Shown: positions 18,576-28,238 of the stretch, in pieces
Layout of the letters: each line of letters begins with the position of its first letter
Numbering within the stretch: position 1 is the first letter of the stretch
DNA from: Chloroflexota bacterium
GTDB taxonomy: Bacteria; Chloroflexota; Limnocylindria; Limnocylindrales; CSP1-4
Direction of reading: 5' to 3'
Length of the DNA stretch: 55,852 nt
NCBI GenBank assembly: GCA_025351245.1
Contig: JANXWH010000098.1
Coordinates: 1 to 55,852 of the forward strand
Translations under genes and position numbers: made by a program
The notes under the pieces: generated by a model
Told to the model about the DNA's origin: nothing
What the model saw: only the letters and a program-made list of their open reading frames with translations
The model's database searches: none

Positions 18576-19145
18576 TCACCCGCGCGGGATCGGCACCTCC
18601 GACCCCACCGACGCCAGCGCGGCCGCGACGTCCGGCGTCTTCGGGTCCGGCGACGAGGCCGGCGACCACGGGTAGAAGACAAGCGTGGAGCCCACCTGGC
18701 GCAGGACGAAGCGGACGTCGGGCGGGAACTGGACCCGCCCCGGGCCGCTCGTGATGTAGGCGGCGAGGTCGCGACCGCCGTCCGCCGCGAGGGCAAGGTC
18801 CGGGAACTCGTAGATCACGAAGTAGCCGCCGGCCGGGTCGACCGGGAGCACGGCGTGAAACGGCCAGCGCGCGACCGCAGCGAACGACGGGGGCTCGGCC
18901 GGACGGATCGCCGTGAGCGTCGACTCGAGCACCAGCCCGCTGGCACGGAGGGCGCCGTCCAGCTGCACGAGTGTCGTCTGAACGGCCGTGGAGGCGGTCG
19001 GCCGCGCGGTCGGGAGCGGCTCGAACGTGCGATCGGCCGGGGCCGCGCCCCCGCACGCGGCCAGGAGGCCACCGGCGGCGATGGAGGCAGCGACCAGCGC
19101 CCGACCACCGGCGTACGCGCCGCCGAACCGGCGAGGGCCCGTCAC
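18576..19145 (-). CDS. Putative lipoprotein, function unknown
   Basis: The signal peptide has a lipobox (ALVAASIAAGGLLAAC|GG). The GTG at 19145 overlaps the HIT gene stop (GTGA). Confidence 0.6.
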   Translation of the reverse strand: MTGPRRFGGAYAGGRALVAASIAAGGLLAACGGAAPADRTFEPLPTARPTASTAVQTTLVQLDGALRASGLVLESTLTAIRPAEPPSFAAVARWPFHAVLPVDPAGGYFVIYEFPDLALAADGGRDLAAYITSGPGRVQFPPDVRFVLRQVGSTLVFYPWSPASSPDPKTPDVAAALASVGSEVPIPRG

Positions 19146-19489
19146 CCCGGCGGCCACTGCATCGCCCGGCCGCCCAGCAGGTGCAGGTGGAGGTGGCCGA
19201 CGGTCTGCCCGCCGTCGGCGCCCGCGTTGACGACGAGCCGGTAGCCACCGTCGGCGATCCCCTCGGAGCGCGCCAGTGCCGCCGCGGCCGCCAGGAGACG
19301 CCCGGCGATGGGCGCGTCGGCCTCGGTGAGGTCGAGCGCAGATTCGATGTGCGCCCGCGGCATGAGCAGCAGGTGAACCGGCGCCATCGGGTGGAGGTCC
19401 CGGATCGCGACGATCAGCTCGTCTTCGTGGACCTTCGCGGCCGGGATCTCGCCGGCGACGATCCGGCAGAAGAGGCAATCGGTGCTCAC
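19142..19489 (-). CDS. HIT-family (histidine triad) nucleotide hydrolase
   Basis: The protein begins CLFCRIVAGEIPA and ends with the histidine triad GQTVGHLHLHLLGG. The GTG at 19489 overlaps the mtaB stop. Confidence 0.85.
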   Translation of the reverse strand: MSTDCLFCRIVAGEIPAAKVHEDELIVAIRDLHPMAPVHLLLMPRAHIESALDLTEADAPIAGRLLAAAAALARSEGIADGGYRLVVNAGADGGQTVGHLHLHLLGGRAMQWPPG

Positions 19490-21057
19490 GCGGGACCTCC
19501 GCTGGACGGGGGAAGGCCGGCCGGCGCGCCTGCACCGGGACCGAAGCGTACGACGGCGTCCTCGATCGGGCGGCCGGGGAGCGTTCCAGGCGGACGCGGG
19601 ACGAGCCCGAGAAGCCGGCCCACGACGCGCCCCGGGTCGACCGGATCGATCCCGACGATCGCGACGCGCGCCAGGTCGCCGGCAAGGAAGCCCGGGCCGG
19701 CGAGTCCGGCGAGTGATGCCGCGCGCGCCTCCGCGCGCACCAGGACATGATCCTCCGCGTGCCCGATCCAGCCACCCGCCGGGTCGGGCCGCTCGAAGAG
19801 CACACGCCGCTCGGCCCCGACCGCGCGAGCGGCGAAACGCCGGTGCGCCGAGGCAGCCAGCGCCAGGAGCTCTGTCGCCCGCGCCCGGCGCGTCGGCTCC
19901 GGCACGTGGCCGGCCATCCGCGTGGCAGGCGTGCCGGGTCGTTCCGAATAGCGGAAGACGTGGATCCCGGCGAGTTCCAGCGACCGGACGAACGCGAGCG
20001 AGCGGGCCCAGGCCGCGTCGTCCTCGGTTGGGAAGCCGACGATCATGTCGGCGTGGACGGCTGCTTCCGGGACGGCGGCCCGGATGCGCGCCACGACTCC
20101 CGCGTAGAACGCCGTGTCGTAGCGACGCCCCATCCGGCGGAGCACGCCGTCGTCGCCCGACTGGAGCGGCAGGTGGAGGTGGGGCAGGCAGCGCCCGGCC
20201 CCATCGACCAGCCAGGCCACGAGCAGGTCGTCGTCCACGTGCTGCGGCTCGATCGACGAGAGCCGGATTCGCTCGACGTCGGTCTCGGCGAGAATCCGCC
20301 GGACGAGGCCGGCCAGCGTCAACGCGCTCCGGGCGTGCGCGCCGCGAGCGCCCCGCTCGGACCACCCGCCGTCGTACGTGCCGATGTTGATCCCCGTCAG
20401 GACGATCTCGCGGTGACCGGCGGCGAGCGCGCGGCGCACCTCGGCGAGCACCGCATCAGGGGCCAGCGACCGCTCGGCGCCGCGCGCCCGCGGGATGATG
20501 CAGTAGGTGCAGTGGAACGAGCAGCCGTCCTGCACCTTCACGAAGGCGCGCGTCCGGTCGATCCGGGCTCGTCCGTCCGCGATCCCCTCGATCTCGACGC
20601 CGGCGAGGGTCGGGAGCGGCCCGTCGAGCGAGCGAGCCGCACCGGCCCGGTCGGGATCGCCACCGCTCCCCGCCCCGCCGATCAGCCGCTCCACGTCCGC
20701 GAGGAGCCCGTCCCTGGCGGCGTTGTCCGCGACCAGCGTGCGCGGGTCGTCGCCGGCGAACCCAGCCGGGTTCACGGCCACCGAGCAGCCGGTGACGATG
20801 ACGGTCGCGTCCGGGCTCGTGCGGCGGGCGCGGCGAGCCGCCTTGCGCGACTTGTCGTCTGCCACCGCGGTCACGGTGCACGTATTGACGACGTGGAGCT
20901 CGACCGGGGCGCCGTCATCGACCAGCTGAACGCCACGGCCGCGCAGGAGCCGCGCCACGGCGTCCATCTCGGCCTGGTTGACCTTGCAGCCGAGGTTCGT
21001 GATCGACGCGCGCCGGATCGGCCGGCCGCCGTGCGCCGTCAGCACGCCGTCGGTCAT
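19486..21057 (-). CDS. mtaB: Radical-SAM methylthiotransferase, MiaB/RimO/MtaB family (MtaB-like by context)
   Basis: It has the N-terminal UPF0004 cysteines (LGCKVNQ, VNTCTVT, GC) and the radical-SAM motif CSFHCTYCIIP. The ATG at 21057 is the inferred start. Confidence 0.8.
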   Translation of the reverse strand: MTDGVLTAHGGRPIRRASITNLGCKVNQAEMDAVARLLRGRGVQLVDDGAPVELHVVNTCTVTAVADDKSRKAARRARRTSPDATVIVTGCSVAVNPAGFAGDDPRTLVADNAARDGLLADVERLIGGAGSGGDPDRAGAARSLDGPLPTLAGVEIEGIADGRARIDRTRAFVKVQDGCSFHCTYCIIPRARGAERSLAPDAVLAEVRRALAAGHREIVLTGINIGTYDGGWSERGARGAHARSALTLAGLVRRILAETDVERIRLSSIEPQHVDDDLLVAWLVDGAGRCLPHLHLPLQSGDDGVLRRMGRRYDTAFYAGVVARIRAAVPEAAVHADMIVGFPTEDDAAWARSLAFVRSLELAGIHVFRYSERPGTPATRMAGHVPEPTRRARATELLALAASAHRRFAARAVGAERRVLFERPDPAGGWIGHAEDHVLVRAEARAASLAGLAGPGFLAGDLARVAIVGIDPVDPGRVVGRLLGLVPRPPGTLPGRPIEDAVVRFGPGAGAPAGLPPSSGGPA

Positions 21058-21227
21058 CGCCGGCTTACCAGGAGCACTGGCTGGGTGGACATCAGGAACG
21101 CGATCAGCCCGACGGCGGTGAGCGTGAAGGGCAGCAGCGGGCTCGGCACGAACGGCGAGACCGCGAGCGCGACGTGGCTCACCAGGATGAGCGGGAAGAG
21201 CGGAGAGAGCGGGGCGAGGTTCGGCAT
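21054..21227 (-). CDS. Small hydrophobic protein (57 aa), hypothetical
   Basis: Hand translation gives MPNLAPLSPLFPLILVSHVALAVSPFVPSPLLPFTLTAVGLIAFLMSTQPVLLVSRR. The TGA overlaps the mtaB ATG (ATGA). It is absent from the ORF track, and no clear SD was seen. Confidence 0.4.
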   Translation of the reverse strand: MPNLAPLSPLFPLILVSHVALAVSPFVPSPLLPFTLTAVGLIAFLMSTQPVLLVSRR

Positions 21228-21256
21228 CTCGAGTCAGCGCAGCAGGGCGAGCGGCC

Positions 21257-22255
21257 CTACCCGGCCGGACGCTCCACGTCCAGGGCGACCCAGTCGCCCT
21301 CGGCCTCGCGGCGCACGATGAGAAGGCCGGCGGCGACGAACGCGGACCGGACGTCGCCCTCCCGGTCCACGAAGATGCCCGACGCGAGCAGCCGGCCGCC
21401 CGGCCGCAGCTCGTCCCGGAGCCCCGGCGCGAGGGTGAGGAGCACGGATGCGATGAGGTTCGCCGCAACGAGGTCGAACGGGCCCGCGCCCGACGGCACG
21501 GATCCCTGCCACGCCCGGACCCGCCGGGCGAGCCGGTTGCGCCGGGCGTTCGCGAGCGTGGCCTCGATCGCGATGAGGTCCGTGTCCACGCCGATCATCT
21601 CGCCGGCGCCGAGGAGGCCCGCCGCCACGGCCAGCACCCCCGACCCGCAGCCGACGTCCAGGAGCCGGGCGCGCCCGTCTCTCGCGGCGCCGTGCGCCAG
21701 GAGGCCGTCGTCCGCCCAGCGCTCGATCCCGGCGAGGCAGAGACGCGTGGTGGGATGGAGGCCCGTCCCGAACGCCATCCCTGGATCCATGGCGATCACG
21801 ACGTCATCGGGCGCTCGGCGGTGGCGCCGCCAGGTCGGTCGGATCACGATCCGACGCCCGATCCGCATCACGCGCACGTGCCGCTTCCAGGCGGTTGCCC
21901 AATCGGATTCGTGGACAACGGTCGTGGCGAGCTCGCCGATCTCGCGCAGGCCAAAGGCTCTGAGATGCCCGAGCGCCCGGTCGGCCGTGGCGACCGCCTC
22001 GCGGACGGCCCCCGGGTCCCGTGCCGGCAGGTAGGCCCGGACGGTGGCAGGCTGCGACGGGTCCGCGACCGCGCCCAGCCCCTCGTCGGTCAGCCTGAAC
22101 CCGGGTTCGACGCTCACGCCTCCGGGCGCCACCCGCGAGAGGATCTCACTGACGGCTTCGACGGCCTCCGGGTCGCAGGTGACCGCGAGCTCCAGCCAGG
22201 TGGCGTCGCCCACGAGCCCGTCCCCCGCGGGATCGGCGACGTGCGCGCGGATCAC
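21257..22255 (-). CDS. prmA: Ribosomal protein L11 methyltransferase
   Basis: The sequence reads W..AWKRH..V.RIG.R..I.P.W, then DPGMAFGTGLHPTT, with the SAM motif LLDVGCGSGVLA. The GTG at 22255 overlaps the dnaJ stop. Confidence 0.85.
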   Translation of the reverse strand: MIRAHVADPAGDGLVGDATWLELAVTCDPEAVEAVSEILSRVAPGGVSVEPGFRLTDEGLGAVADPSQPATVRAYLPARDPGAVREAVATADRALGHLRAFGLREIGELATTVVHESDWATAWKRHVRVMRIGRRIVIRPTWRRHRRAPDDVVIAMDPGMAFGTGLHPTTRLCLAGIERWADDGLLAHGAARDGRARLLDVGCGSGVLAVAAGLLGAGEMIGVDTDLIAIEATLANARRNRLARRVRAWQGSVPSGAGPFDLVAANLIASVLLTLAPGLRDELRPGGRLLASGIFVDREGDVRSAFVAAGLLIVRREAEGDWVALDVERPAG

Positions 22256-23382
22256 CCCAGCGCGTCCTTGATCCGGTCCAGGACCCCGGCTTTGCCGGTA
22301 CCCAGCCCCGTCTCGCCGGAGGCCGCAGCGAACGCCTCGAGCGCCTCGCGCTGCTCCTTCGTGAGCTTCGTGGGGATCTTGACGTCGATGAGGACGTGCA
22401 GGTCGCCGCGCGCGCCCGCCCGGCGCAGGTGGGGAGCGCCGCGCCCGCGCAGCCGGATCTCCGTGCCCGGCTGCGTCCCGGGCTTGATCTCGAGGTCTTC
22501 CTCGCCGTCCGCCGTCGGCACCCGGACGCTCGTCCCCAGCGTCGCCTGGGCGAACGAGAGCGAGAGGTCGTGGAAGAGCTCCGTGCCCTCGCGCTTGAGC
22601 GACGGGTGCGGCGTGACGTGGATCGCCACGTAGAGGCTGCCCGGCGGGCCGCCCCGGGGCCCCACTTCGCCCTCGGCGGAGAGGCGGATCTGGTGGCCGT
22701 CGTCGATGCCGGCGGGCACGCTGACGCGCAGCCGTTTCGTGCGTTCCCGCCGGCCGTCGCCGCCGCAATCCTCGCACGGCGCCTCCACCACCTTGCCCTC
22801 CCCGCGGCAGCGCGGGCAGGTGACCACGTTCACCATCTGGCCCAGCATCGTCTGGCGGACGTGCCGGATCTCCCCGCGACCCTGGCACTGCGGGCAGGAG
22901 ATGGCCGACGAGCCGCGCTTCGCGCCGCTCCCGGAGCAGGTGACGCAGCGGTCGAGTACGGGGAACTCGATCTCCTTCTCGGTGCCGCGGATCGATTCCT
23001 CGAAGCTGACGCGCAGGTCGTAGCGGAGGTCGGAGCCGACGACCGCCCGCCCGCGCCGCGCCCCGCCGGCGCCCGCAGCCGTGCCGCCGAAGAACGCGTC
23101 GAAGAGGTCGGAGAAGCCGCCGAATCCCTGCTGCGAACCGGCGAAGCCAGCGGACCCGTTCACCCCGGCCGCCCCGAACATGTCGTAGGCCTGGCGACGC
23201 TGTGGATCGGAGAGGACCTGGTACGCCTCGTTGATCTCCTTGAAGCGCTCGTCGGCCCCGGAGTCGCGGTTGACGTCCGGGTGCCACTGCTGGGCCAGCT
23301 TGCGGAAGGCGCGCTTGACGTCCGCGTCGCTGGCGGTACGAGGCACGCCGAGAATCGTGTAGTAGTCGCGTTCGGTCGCCAT
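22252..23382 (-). CDS. dnaJ: Chaperone DnaJ
   Basis: It has a J domain (DYYTILGV...HPD), a G/F region and four CxxCxGxG zinc-finger repeats. Confidence 0.95.
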   Translation of the reverse strand: MATERDYYTILGVPRTASDADVKRAFRKLAQQWHPDVNRDSGADERFKEINEAYQVLSDPQRRQAYDMFGAAGVNGSAGFAGSQQGFGGFSDLFDAFFGGTAAGAGGARRGRAVVGSDLRYDLRVSFEESIRGTEKEIEFPVLDRCVTCSGSGAKRGSSAISCPQCQGRGEIRHVRQTMLGQMVNVVTCPRCRGEGKVVEAPCEDCGGDGRRERTKRLRVSVPAGIDDGHQIRLSAEGEVGPRGGPPGSLYVAIHVTPHPSLKREGTELFHDLSLSFAQATLGTSVRVPTADGEEDLEIKPGTQPGTEIRLRGRGAPHLRRAGARGDLHVLIDVKIPTKLTKEQREALEAFAAASGETGLGTGKAGVLDRIKDALG

Positions 23383-23484
23383 TCGCCCGCAAGTCTACGG
23401 GAGGCGCGCGGTGGGGCGTCCCGCCGGACCGCGAGACCGCCGGACCGCGACCGGTGCCGGCGTGGCGGGAGCGACGCGGCCGGG

Positions 23485-24432
23485 TCAGCGAGTGGGCTGA
23501 TCCTCGATCACGAGCGACGCGGCGACATCGGCAGCCTGCGCCGTGGCGCGGGAGGCGAGACCGCCGTCAGGACCAGCCTTACGCGGGCCGGCCGTCCCGG
23601 GGTCGGTCGCATCCTCGCGTGCGAGCACGGCCGCGGCGATCCCGATGTCGGCCGCGGCGAGCGCCGCCCCAACGATCCCCGACGTGTTCAGGTACTGGGC
23701 GGTGACGATGGGTGCACGCGCGGTCAGGAACCTCGAGTACTTGGCGTACTCCTTGCTGACCCCGCCGCCGAGGATGATGAGGTCCGGCCAGAACCAGCGC
23801 TCGAGCAGCGCCATGTACTCGCTGAACTCCCGGCCCCATTTCTTCCAGCCCAGCCCGCGGCGCTCGCGGGCCGCGCCGGAGACGAGCGTCTCGGCGTCCT
23901 TCCCGCGGTAGGTCACGTGCCCGAACTCGGTCGAGTCCAGGAGGTGGCCGTCAATGAAGAGCGCGCTGCCGATCCCGGTCCCGATCGTGAGCAGGAGCAC
24001 CGTCCCCTGCACGCCCTTCGCGGCGCCGAACGTCGCCTCCGCGAGGCCGGCCGCATCGGCATCGTTGACGAGCCGTACGACCCGACCCAGCCGGGCAGAG
24101 AGCATCGCCTCGGCGGGCGCCACGATCCAGGACTTGTCGATATTCGCCGCGGTCATCAGCCGGCCCGCCTTCACGACCCCGGGCAGGCCCGCGCCGGCCG
24201 GCATGCCGGGGGTGACGTGCCCGTCGGCGACGAGCTGGTCCACGATCCCACCGATCGCCGCGATGACGGCCTCCGGTGTCGCCGGCTGCGGCGTCTTGAC
24301 CCGGAGCCGCGGCGAGGCGAGCTCGCCGGTGACGAGGTCCACGACGGCGGCCTTGACCCCGGTCCCGCCCACGTCGATGCCGATCGCGGTCCGGGGGGCG
24401 GCAGGTGCGGGGCGCTTCGCTCGGGGACTCAT
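23485..24432 (-). CDS. ppgK: ROK-family polyphosphate/ATP glucokinase
   Basis: It contains [23 protein letters not shown] and EFGH. The internal ATG at 24432 is preferred over the track start at 24474. Confidence 0.75.
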   Translation of the reverse strand: MSPRAKRPAPAAPRTAIGIDVGGTGVKAAVVDLVTGELASPRLRVKTPQPATPEAVIAAIGGIVDQLVADGHVTPGMPAGAGLPGVVKAGRLMTAANIDKSWIVAPAEAMLSARLGRVVRLVNDADAAGLAEATFGAAKGVQGTVLLLTIGTGIGSALFIDGHLLDSTEFGHVTYRGKDAETLVSGAARERRGLGWKKWGREFSEYMALLERWFWPDLIILGGGVSKEYAKYSRFLTARAPIVTAQYLNTSGIVGAALAAADIGIAAAVLAREDATDPGTAGPRKAGPDGGLASRATAQAADVAASLVIEDQPTR

Positions 24433-24604
24433 TTCGTCGCAGGATACGCGCGGCGCCACCGATCTGCTCGGCACCCTGGGCGGGCCGCGGCGCTCATCCT
24501 CATCGGCGGCGACGAATCGCCTGCCGGCGGCCCGGACGACCCATGGACACCCGTGGACCGGCCGAACAGCCGGCCCGAGCTGCAGGGCCGGAGCTGCCTC
24601 GCGG

Positions 24605-25405
24605 CTACTTCAGGAGGAGCCGCTCCAGCCGCCGCGACGTGATCGCGAGCCCGACGAGACCCATGATCGCCAGGTAGGCAATGTGGACGAAGATGCCCGG
24701 GCCCACGATTCCCGTCGTGAGGCTCCTGATCAGGTCGACGCCGTGATAGAGCGGCGTCATCTGGACGAGAAGGCGCACGCCGTCGGGGTAGGTGTCGAGG
24801 GGATAGAAGGTCGCCGAGAAGAGGAAGAGCGGCAGGATCACCATCTGGACCATGTCCATGTCCTGCCACGTCCGCATGAAGGTGGTCGCTGCCATCCCAA
24901 CCCCGGCGAACGCGAAGCCGATCAGGATCGCCGCCGGAAGCGCCAAGATCGCGAGGGGGCTCTGCACGAAGCCGAGGACGAACATCACGAGCAGGAACAT
25001 CGTCGCGTAGGTCGCGCCGCGGATCAGGGCCCAGCCGATCTCGCCCAGCGCCACGTCGCCGACGCCGATCGGCGTGGCGAGGATCGCGTCGTAGGTCCTC
25101 GCTTCGCGCAGCTTGTAGAAGACGTTCATCGTCGAGTCGTAGATCGCTCCGTTCATCGCCGATGACGCCATGAGGGCAGGCGCGACGAACACCGTGTACG
25201 GCACCTCCTGGCCACCGAACGGCACTGCGCCGATGAGTGCGCCGAGGCCGAGACCGATTGACAGGAGGTAGAAGAGGGGCTCGAAGAAGCCGGACACGAT
25301 CACCATCCACGTACGCCGGTACACGAGGACGTTGCGCTCGATGAGCAGGCCGGCCCGGCGGCCACCGAACTGGGCGGGGGACGCGAGTCGCGCAAGGAGT
25401 GTCAT
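24605..25405 (-). CDS. ABC-2 type transporter permease
   Basis: It has six predicted TM segments and an ABC-2/NodJ-like pattern. Its ATG overlaps the upstream permease stop (ATGA at 25402-25405). Confidence 0.8.
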   Translation of the reverse strand: MTLLARLASPAQFGGRRAGLLIERNVLVYRRTWMVIVSGFFEPLFYLLSIGLGLGALIGAVPFGGQEVPYTVFVAPALMASSAMNGAIYDSTMNVFYKLREARTYDAILATPIGVGDVALGEIGWALIRGATYATMFLLVMFVLGFVQSPLAILALPAAILIGFAFAGVGMAATTFMRTWQDMDMVQMVILPLFLFSATFYPLDTYPDGVRLLVQMTPLYHGVDLIRSLTTGIVGPGIFVHIAYLAIMGLVGLAITSRRLERLLLK

Positions 25406-26196
25406 TGGCGCAGCCGGCGCCGCAACGCGATGGATGCCACGACAAGCCCCAGAGCTGCCACCCCGACGAGGTAGGTAACGTGGACCAGCACGCCGACCGG
25501 GGTCGCCGTCCCGAGCGCCAGGGTCCGGCAGAGGTCGACCCCGTGCCAGAGAGGCGTGACGAACGCCACCGGCTGGAGGAACCCGGGCAGCTGGCTGACC
25601 GGGAAGAAGGTCCCCGAGAACAGGAAGAGCGGGATCACCCCGAACCGAAAGAGACTATTGAACCCGCTCGGGTCCTTCTGGCTCGCCGAGAACCCGATGA
25701 TCGGTGTCGCGAAGGCAAGGCCCGTGAGGATCGCCGCCGGAACGGCGAGGAACGCCTGCGGGCCGGTAGCCGCGCCGAAGACGATCATGACGCCGAAGAA
25801 GATGCACGTCACGAGCGTCAGGCGCAGGCCGATGTAGAGCAGCTTGCCGACCAGGATGTCGACCACACCGATCGGCGTCGCGAGCATCCCGAGGAACGTC
25901 CGGTCCCACAGGATGCCGCCCATGATCGGGAACGTCGATTCGCCGGCCGCGGTCTGCATCGCAGTGGAGGCGAGGAGTCCGGGTGCCAGGAACGCGAGGT
26001 AGCTCACGCCGCCGAGGAGAGCCGCGGACGCCGCCGCGCCGCCTTTACCCGCGGCGACGTACCCACCGAGCCCCACGCCCATCGCCGCCAGGTAGAGGAC
26101 CGGGTTGAGGAACGAACTCACGAGCGTGCCACGGAACGCGCGTCGGTACTTCAGCAACTCGTGCTCCAGGACCAGGATCGACGCTGGAGTGGCCAC
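25402..26196 (-). CDS. ABC-2 type transporter permease
   Basis: It is a paralogue of the adjacent permease and is multi-TM. Confidence 0.8.
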   Translation of the reverse strand: MATPASILVLEHELLKYRRAFRGTLVSSFLNPVLYLAAMGVGLGGYVAAGKGGAAASAALLGGVSYLAFLAPGLLASTAMQTAAGESTFPIMGGILWDRTFLGMLATPIGVVDILVGKLLYIGLRLTLVTCIFFGVMIVFGAATGPQAFLAVPAAILTGLAFATPIIGFSASQKDPSGFNSLFRFGVIPLFLFSGTFFPVSQLPGFLQPVAFVTPLWHGVDLCRTLALGTATPVGVLVHVTYLVGVAALGLVVASIALRRRLRQ

Positions 26197-26206
26197 GGCG
26201 GTTGCC

Positions 26207-27145
26207 TCAGTCGACCAGGCTGTGGCCGGTCAGCCGCAGGAAGACATCCTCGAGCGAGGAGCGCCGGACCAGGCTCATCTCCGGCCGCAGGCCGCGCTCG
26301 TGAGCCGCGGTCGCCGCCGCGTCGCCGTCGGCCGCGTAGACGAGCACGCGGTCGGGGAGCCGCTCCACGCGGTCGCCCAACCCTTCGAGCAACCCGCCGA
26401 GCGTCTCCTGGACGCCCACCGGGAAGCGCATCTCCAGGACTTCGCGGCTGCTGTGCTGCTCGATGAGCTGGCGCGGCGAGCCCTGGGCCACGATCTTGGC
26501 CTTGTCCATCACCACGAGTCGGTCGCAGAGCTGCTCCGCCTCGTCCATGTAGTGCGTGGTGAGGACGAGCGTCACGCCCTTCTGTTTGAGGCGGTAGAGC
26601 CGGTCCCAGAGCAGGTGCCGGGCCTGCGGGTCCAGGCCCGTGGTCGGCTCGTCGAGCAGGAGCAGGTCCGGCTCGTTGATCAGGCTCCGGGCGATCGTGA
26701 GCCGCCGCTTCATCCCCCCTGAGAGCGGCTCGACCTGGTCACGCGCCCGCTCCGAGAGCTGGACGAAGTCCAGCAGCTCGGCCACCCGCTGCCGGATGAC
26801 GCGTCGTGGGAGGTCGAAGTAGCGGCCGTAGATCGCCAGGTTCTCCGAGACCGTCAGCTCCTGGTCAAGCGTGTCCTGCTGGGGCACGACCCCCAGTCGA
26901 GCGCGAATGCGCGGCCCGTCGGTGCGCGGGTCCATCCCCAGGACGGACAGCTCCCCACCGGAGACCGGCGAGACGCACGCGATCATCCGCATCGTGCTGG
27001 TCTTGCCGGCGCCGTTCGGGCCCAGGAAGCCGAAGCTCTCGCCGGGCGCCACGTCAAAGTCGATCGCGTCCACCGCGGTGAACGCTCCGAAGAGCTTCGT
27101 CAGCGCGCGGGCACGGATGAGAGGCGGTGTCGACGGGTCGGCCAT
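26207..27145 (-). CDS. ABC transporter ATP-binding protein (DrrA/NodI-like exporter ATPase)
   Basis: It has Walker A (GPNGAGKTS), the signature LSGGMKRRL and Walker B (LLLLDEPT). The ATG at 27145 is the inferred start. The 673-aa track ORF is an upstream read-through. Confidence 0.9.
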   Translation of the reverse strand: MADPSTPPLIRARALTKLFGAFTAVDAIDFDVAPGESFGFLGPNGAGKTSTMRMIACVSPVSGGELSVLGMDPRTDGPRIRARLGVVPQQDTLDQELTVSENLAIYGRYFDLPRRVIRQRVAELLDFVQLSERARDQVEPLSGGMKRRLTIARSLINEPDLLLLDEPTTGLDPQARHLLWDRLYRLKQKGVTLVLTTHYMDEAEQLCDRLVVMDKAKIVAQGSPRQLIEQHSSREVLEMRFPVGVQETLGGLLEGLGDRVERLPDRVLVYAADGDAAATAAHERGLRPEMSLVRRSSLEDVFLRLTGHSLVD

Positions 27146-27191
27146 GGACGGGGAGTGTATCGGGTCGACCCCGGAGAGGCCGGCCCGGGCA

Positions 27192-27238
27192 CGCGGTGGC
27201 TGGCACGCGGCGCCGGCGGGCGCGCGGTGGCTGGCACG
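27192..27238. promoter_or_regulatory. Two copies of the 16-nt direct repeat CGCGGTGGCTGGCACG (27192-27207 and 27223-27238) in a divergent promoter region
   Basis: The perfect repeat was read directly from the sequence. It lies between the ABC ATPase start (27145) and the HTH gene start (27266/27296). Confidence 0.5.
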
Positions 27239-27295
27239 GCGCCGTGATGTGCCCGATGAGTTCGGGTGAAGGACGTCGGGCCATCCTTCGCCGCA

Positions 27296-28123
27296 ATGGA
27301 TACCGTTCGGTTCGGACTCTCGGTTCGGGCGCTGCGGCGGCGACTCGGGTGGCGACAGGTCGACCTCGCGCGGCACGCGGGCATCTCCCGGACGGCCATC
27401 TCCCGCGTCGAACGAGGCAGGGCGGATCGGCTGACCATCCGGATGCTCCGCACGCTCGCCGATGCGCTCGGCGCACGGCTCGACTGCCGGCTGCTCTGGA
27501 ACGGCGAGGCGCTCGACCGACTGCTGGACGAGTCGCACGCCGCGCTGGTGGAGACGGCCGTCCGATGGCTTACATCCCTCAGCTGGGAGGTCGCGACCGA
27601 AGTCTCGTTCTCGATCCGAGGCGAACGCGGCTCGATCGACCTCCTCGCGTTCCACCCGGCGACGGCGATGCTGCTCGTCGTCGAGGTGAAGTCGGTGGTC
27701 CCGGACGTCCAGGCCACCTTCGTCACGCTCGACCGGAAGACTCGGCTGGCGAGTGAGATCGCGCGCGGGCGCGGATGGCGGCCGGCACGGCTTGGACGGC
27801 TCCTCCTGGTGCGCGAAGACCGAACCGCGCGGCGACGGGTCTCGGCGCACGCCGCCACCTTCGCCGGCGCGTTCCCGGCGCGCGGCTGGGCAGTTCGAAG
27901 GTGGCTTCAAGATCCCGCCGGCGGCGGGCGTGGCGAGATCCCCGCCGGTCGACCGGCCACCTCCGGCGATCGAACCCCGTTCTCCGGCCTGATGTTCCTG
28001 CCAGGTACACCCCAGGCGGGCGCACGTCATCGCGTCTCGGCTCGCTCGCCGGGAGTCGTGGTCGGGCCACGCGTGAGCCGGGTCCAGGAGACCTCGGCGC
28101 CGAACGCAAGACTGGTCAGGTGA
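27296..28123 (+). CDS. XRE-family HTH protein with a C-terminal PD-(D/E)xK-like nuclease-fold motif
   Basis: The HTH reads LRRRLGWRQVDLARHAGISRTAISRVERG. Downstream are E (DESHAALVE), D (GSIDLLAF) and ExK (VVEVKS), spaced as in restriction-endonuclease-fold proteins. An alternative GTG start lies at 27266. Confidence 0.7.
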   Translation: MDTVRFGLSVRALRRRLGWRQVDLARHAGISRTAISRVERGRADRLTIRMLRTLADALGARLDCRLLWNGEALDRLLDESHAALVETAVRWLTSLSWEVATEVSFSIRGERGSIDLLAFHPATAMLLVVEVKSVVPDVQATFVTLDRKTRLASEIARGRGWRPARLGRLLLVREDRTARRRVSAHAATFAGAFPARGWAVRRWLQDPAGGGRGEIPAGRPATSGDRTPFSGLMFLPGTPQAGARHRVSARSPGVVVGPRVSRVQETSAPNARLVR

Positions 28124-28238
28124 CCCCCTGGGGCGCACATGACAACAGCGGCGCGACGAACGCCCGCGTCGTGCCCGTATGGCAGGAACTGGCAGGGCGG
28201 TCTTGACGCCTACCCGCGTGGCGGACACCTAGCAGCAC

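Noticed and set aside
27192-27238. TGGCACG within the repeats (and within the CIRCE arms at 32158 and 32191) as sigma-54 -24 elements.
   Set aside because: No TTGC -12 element lies at the required 4-nt spacing after any of them.
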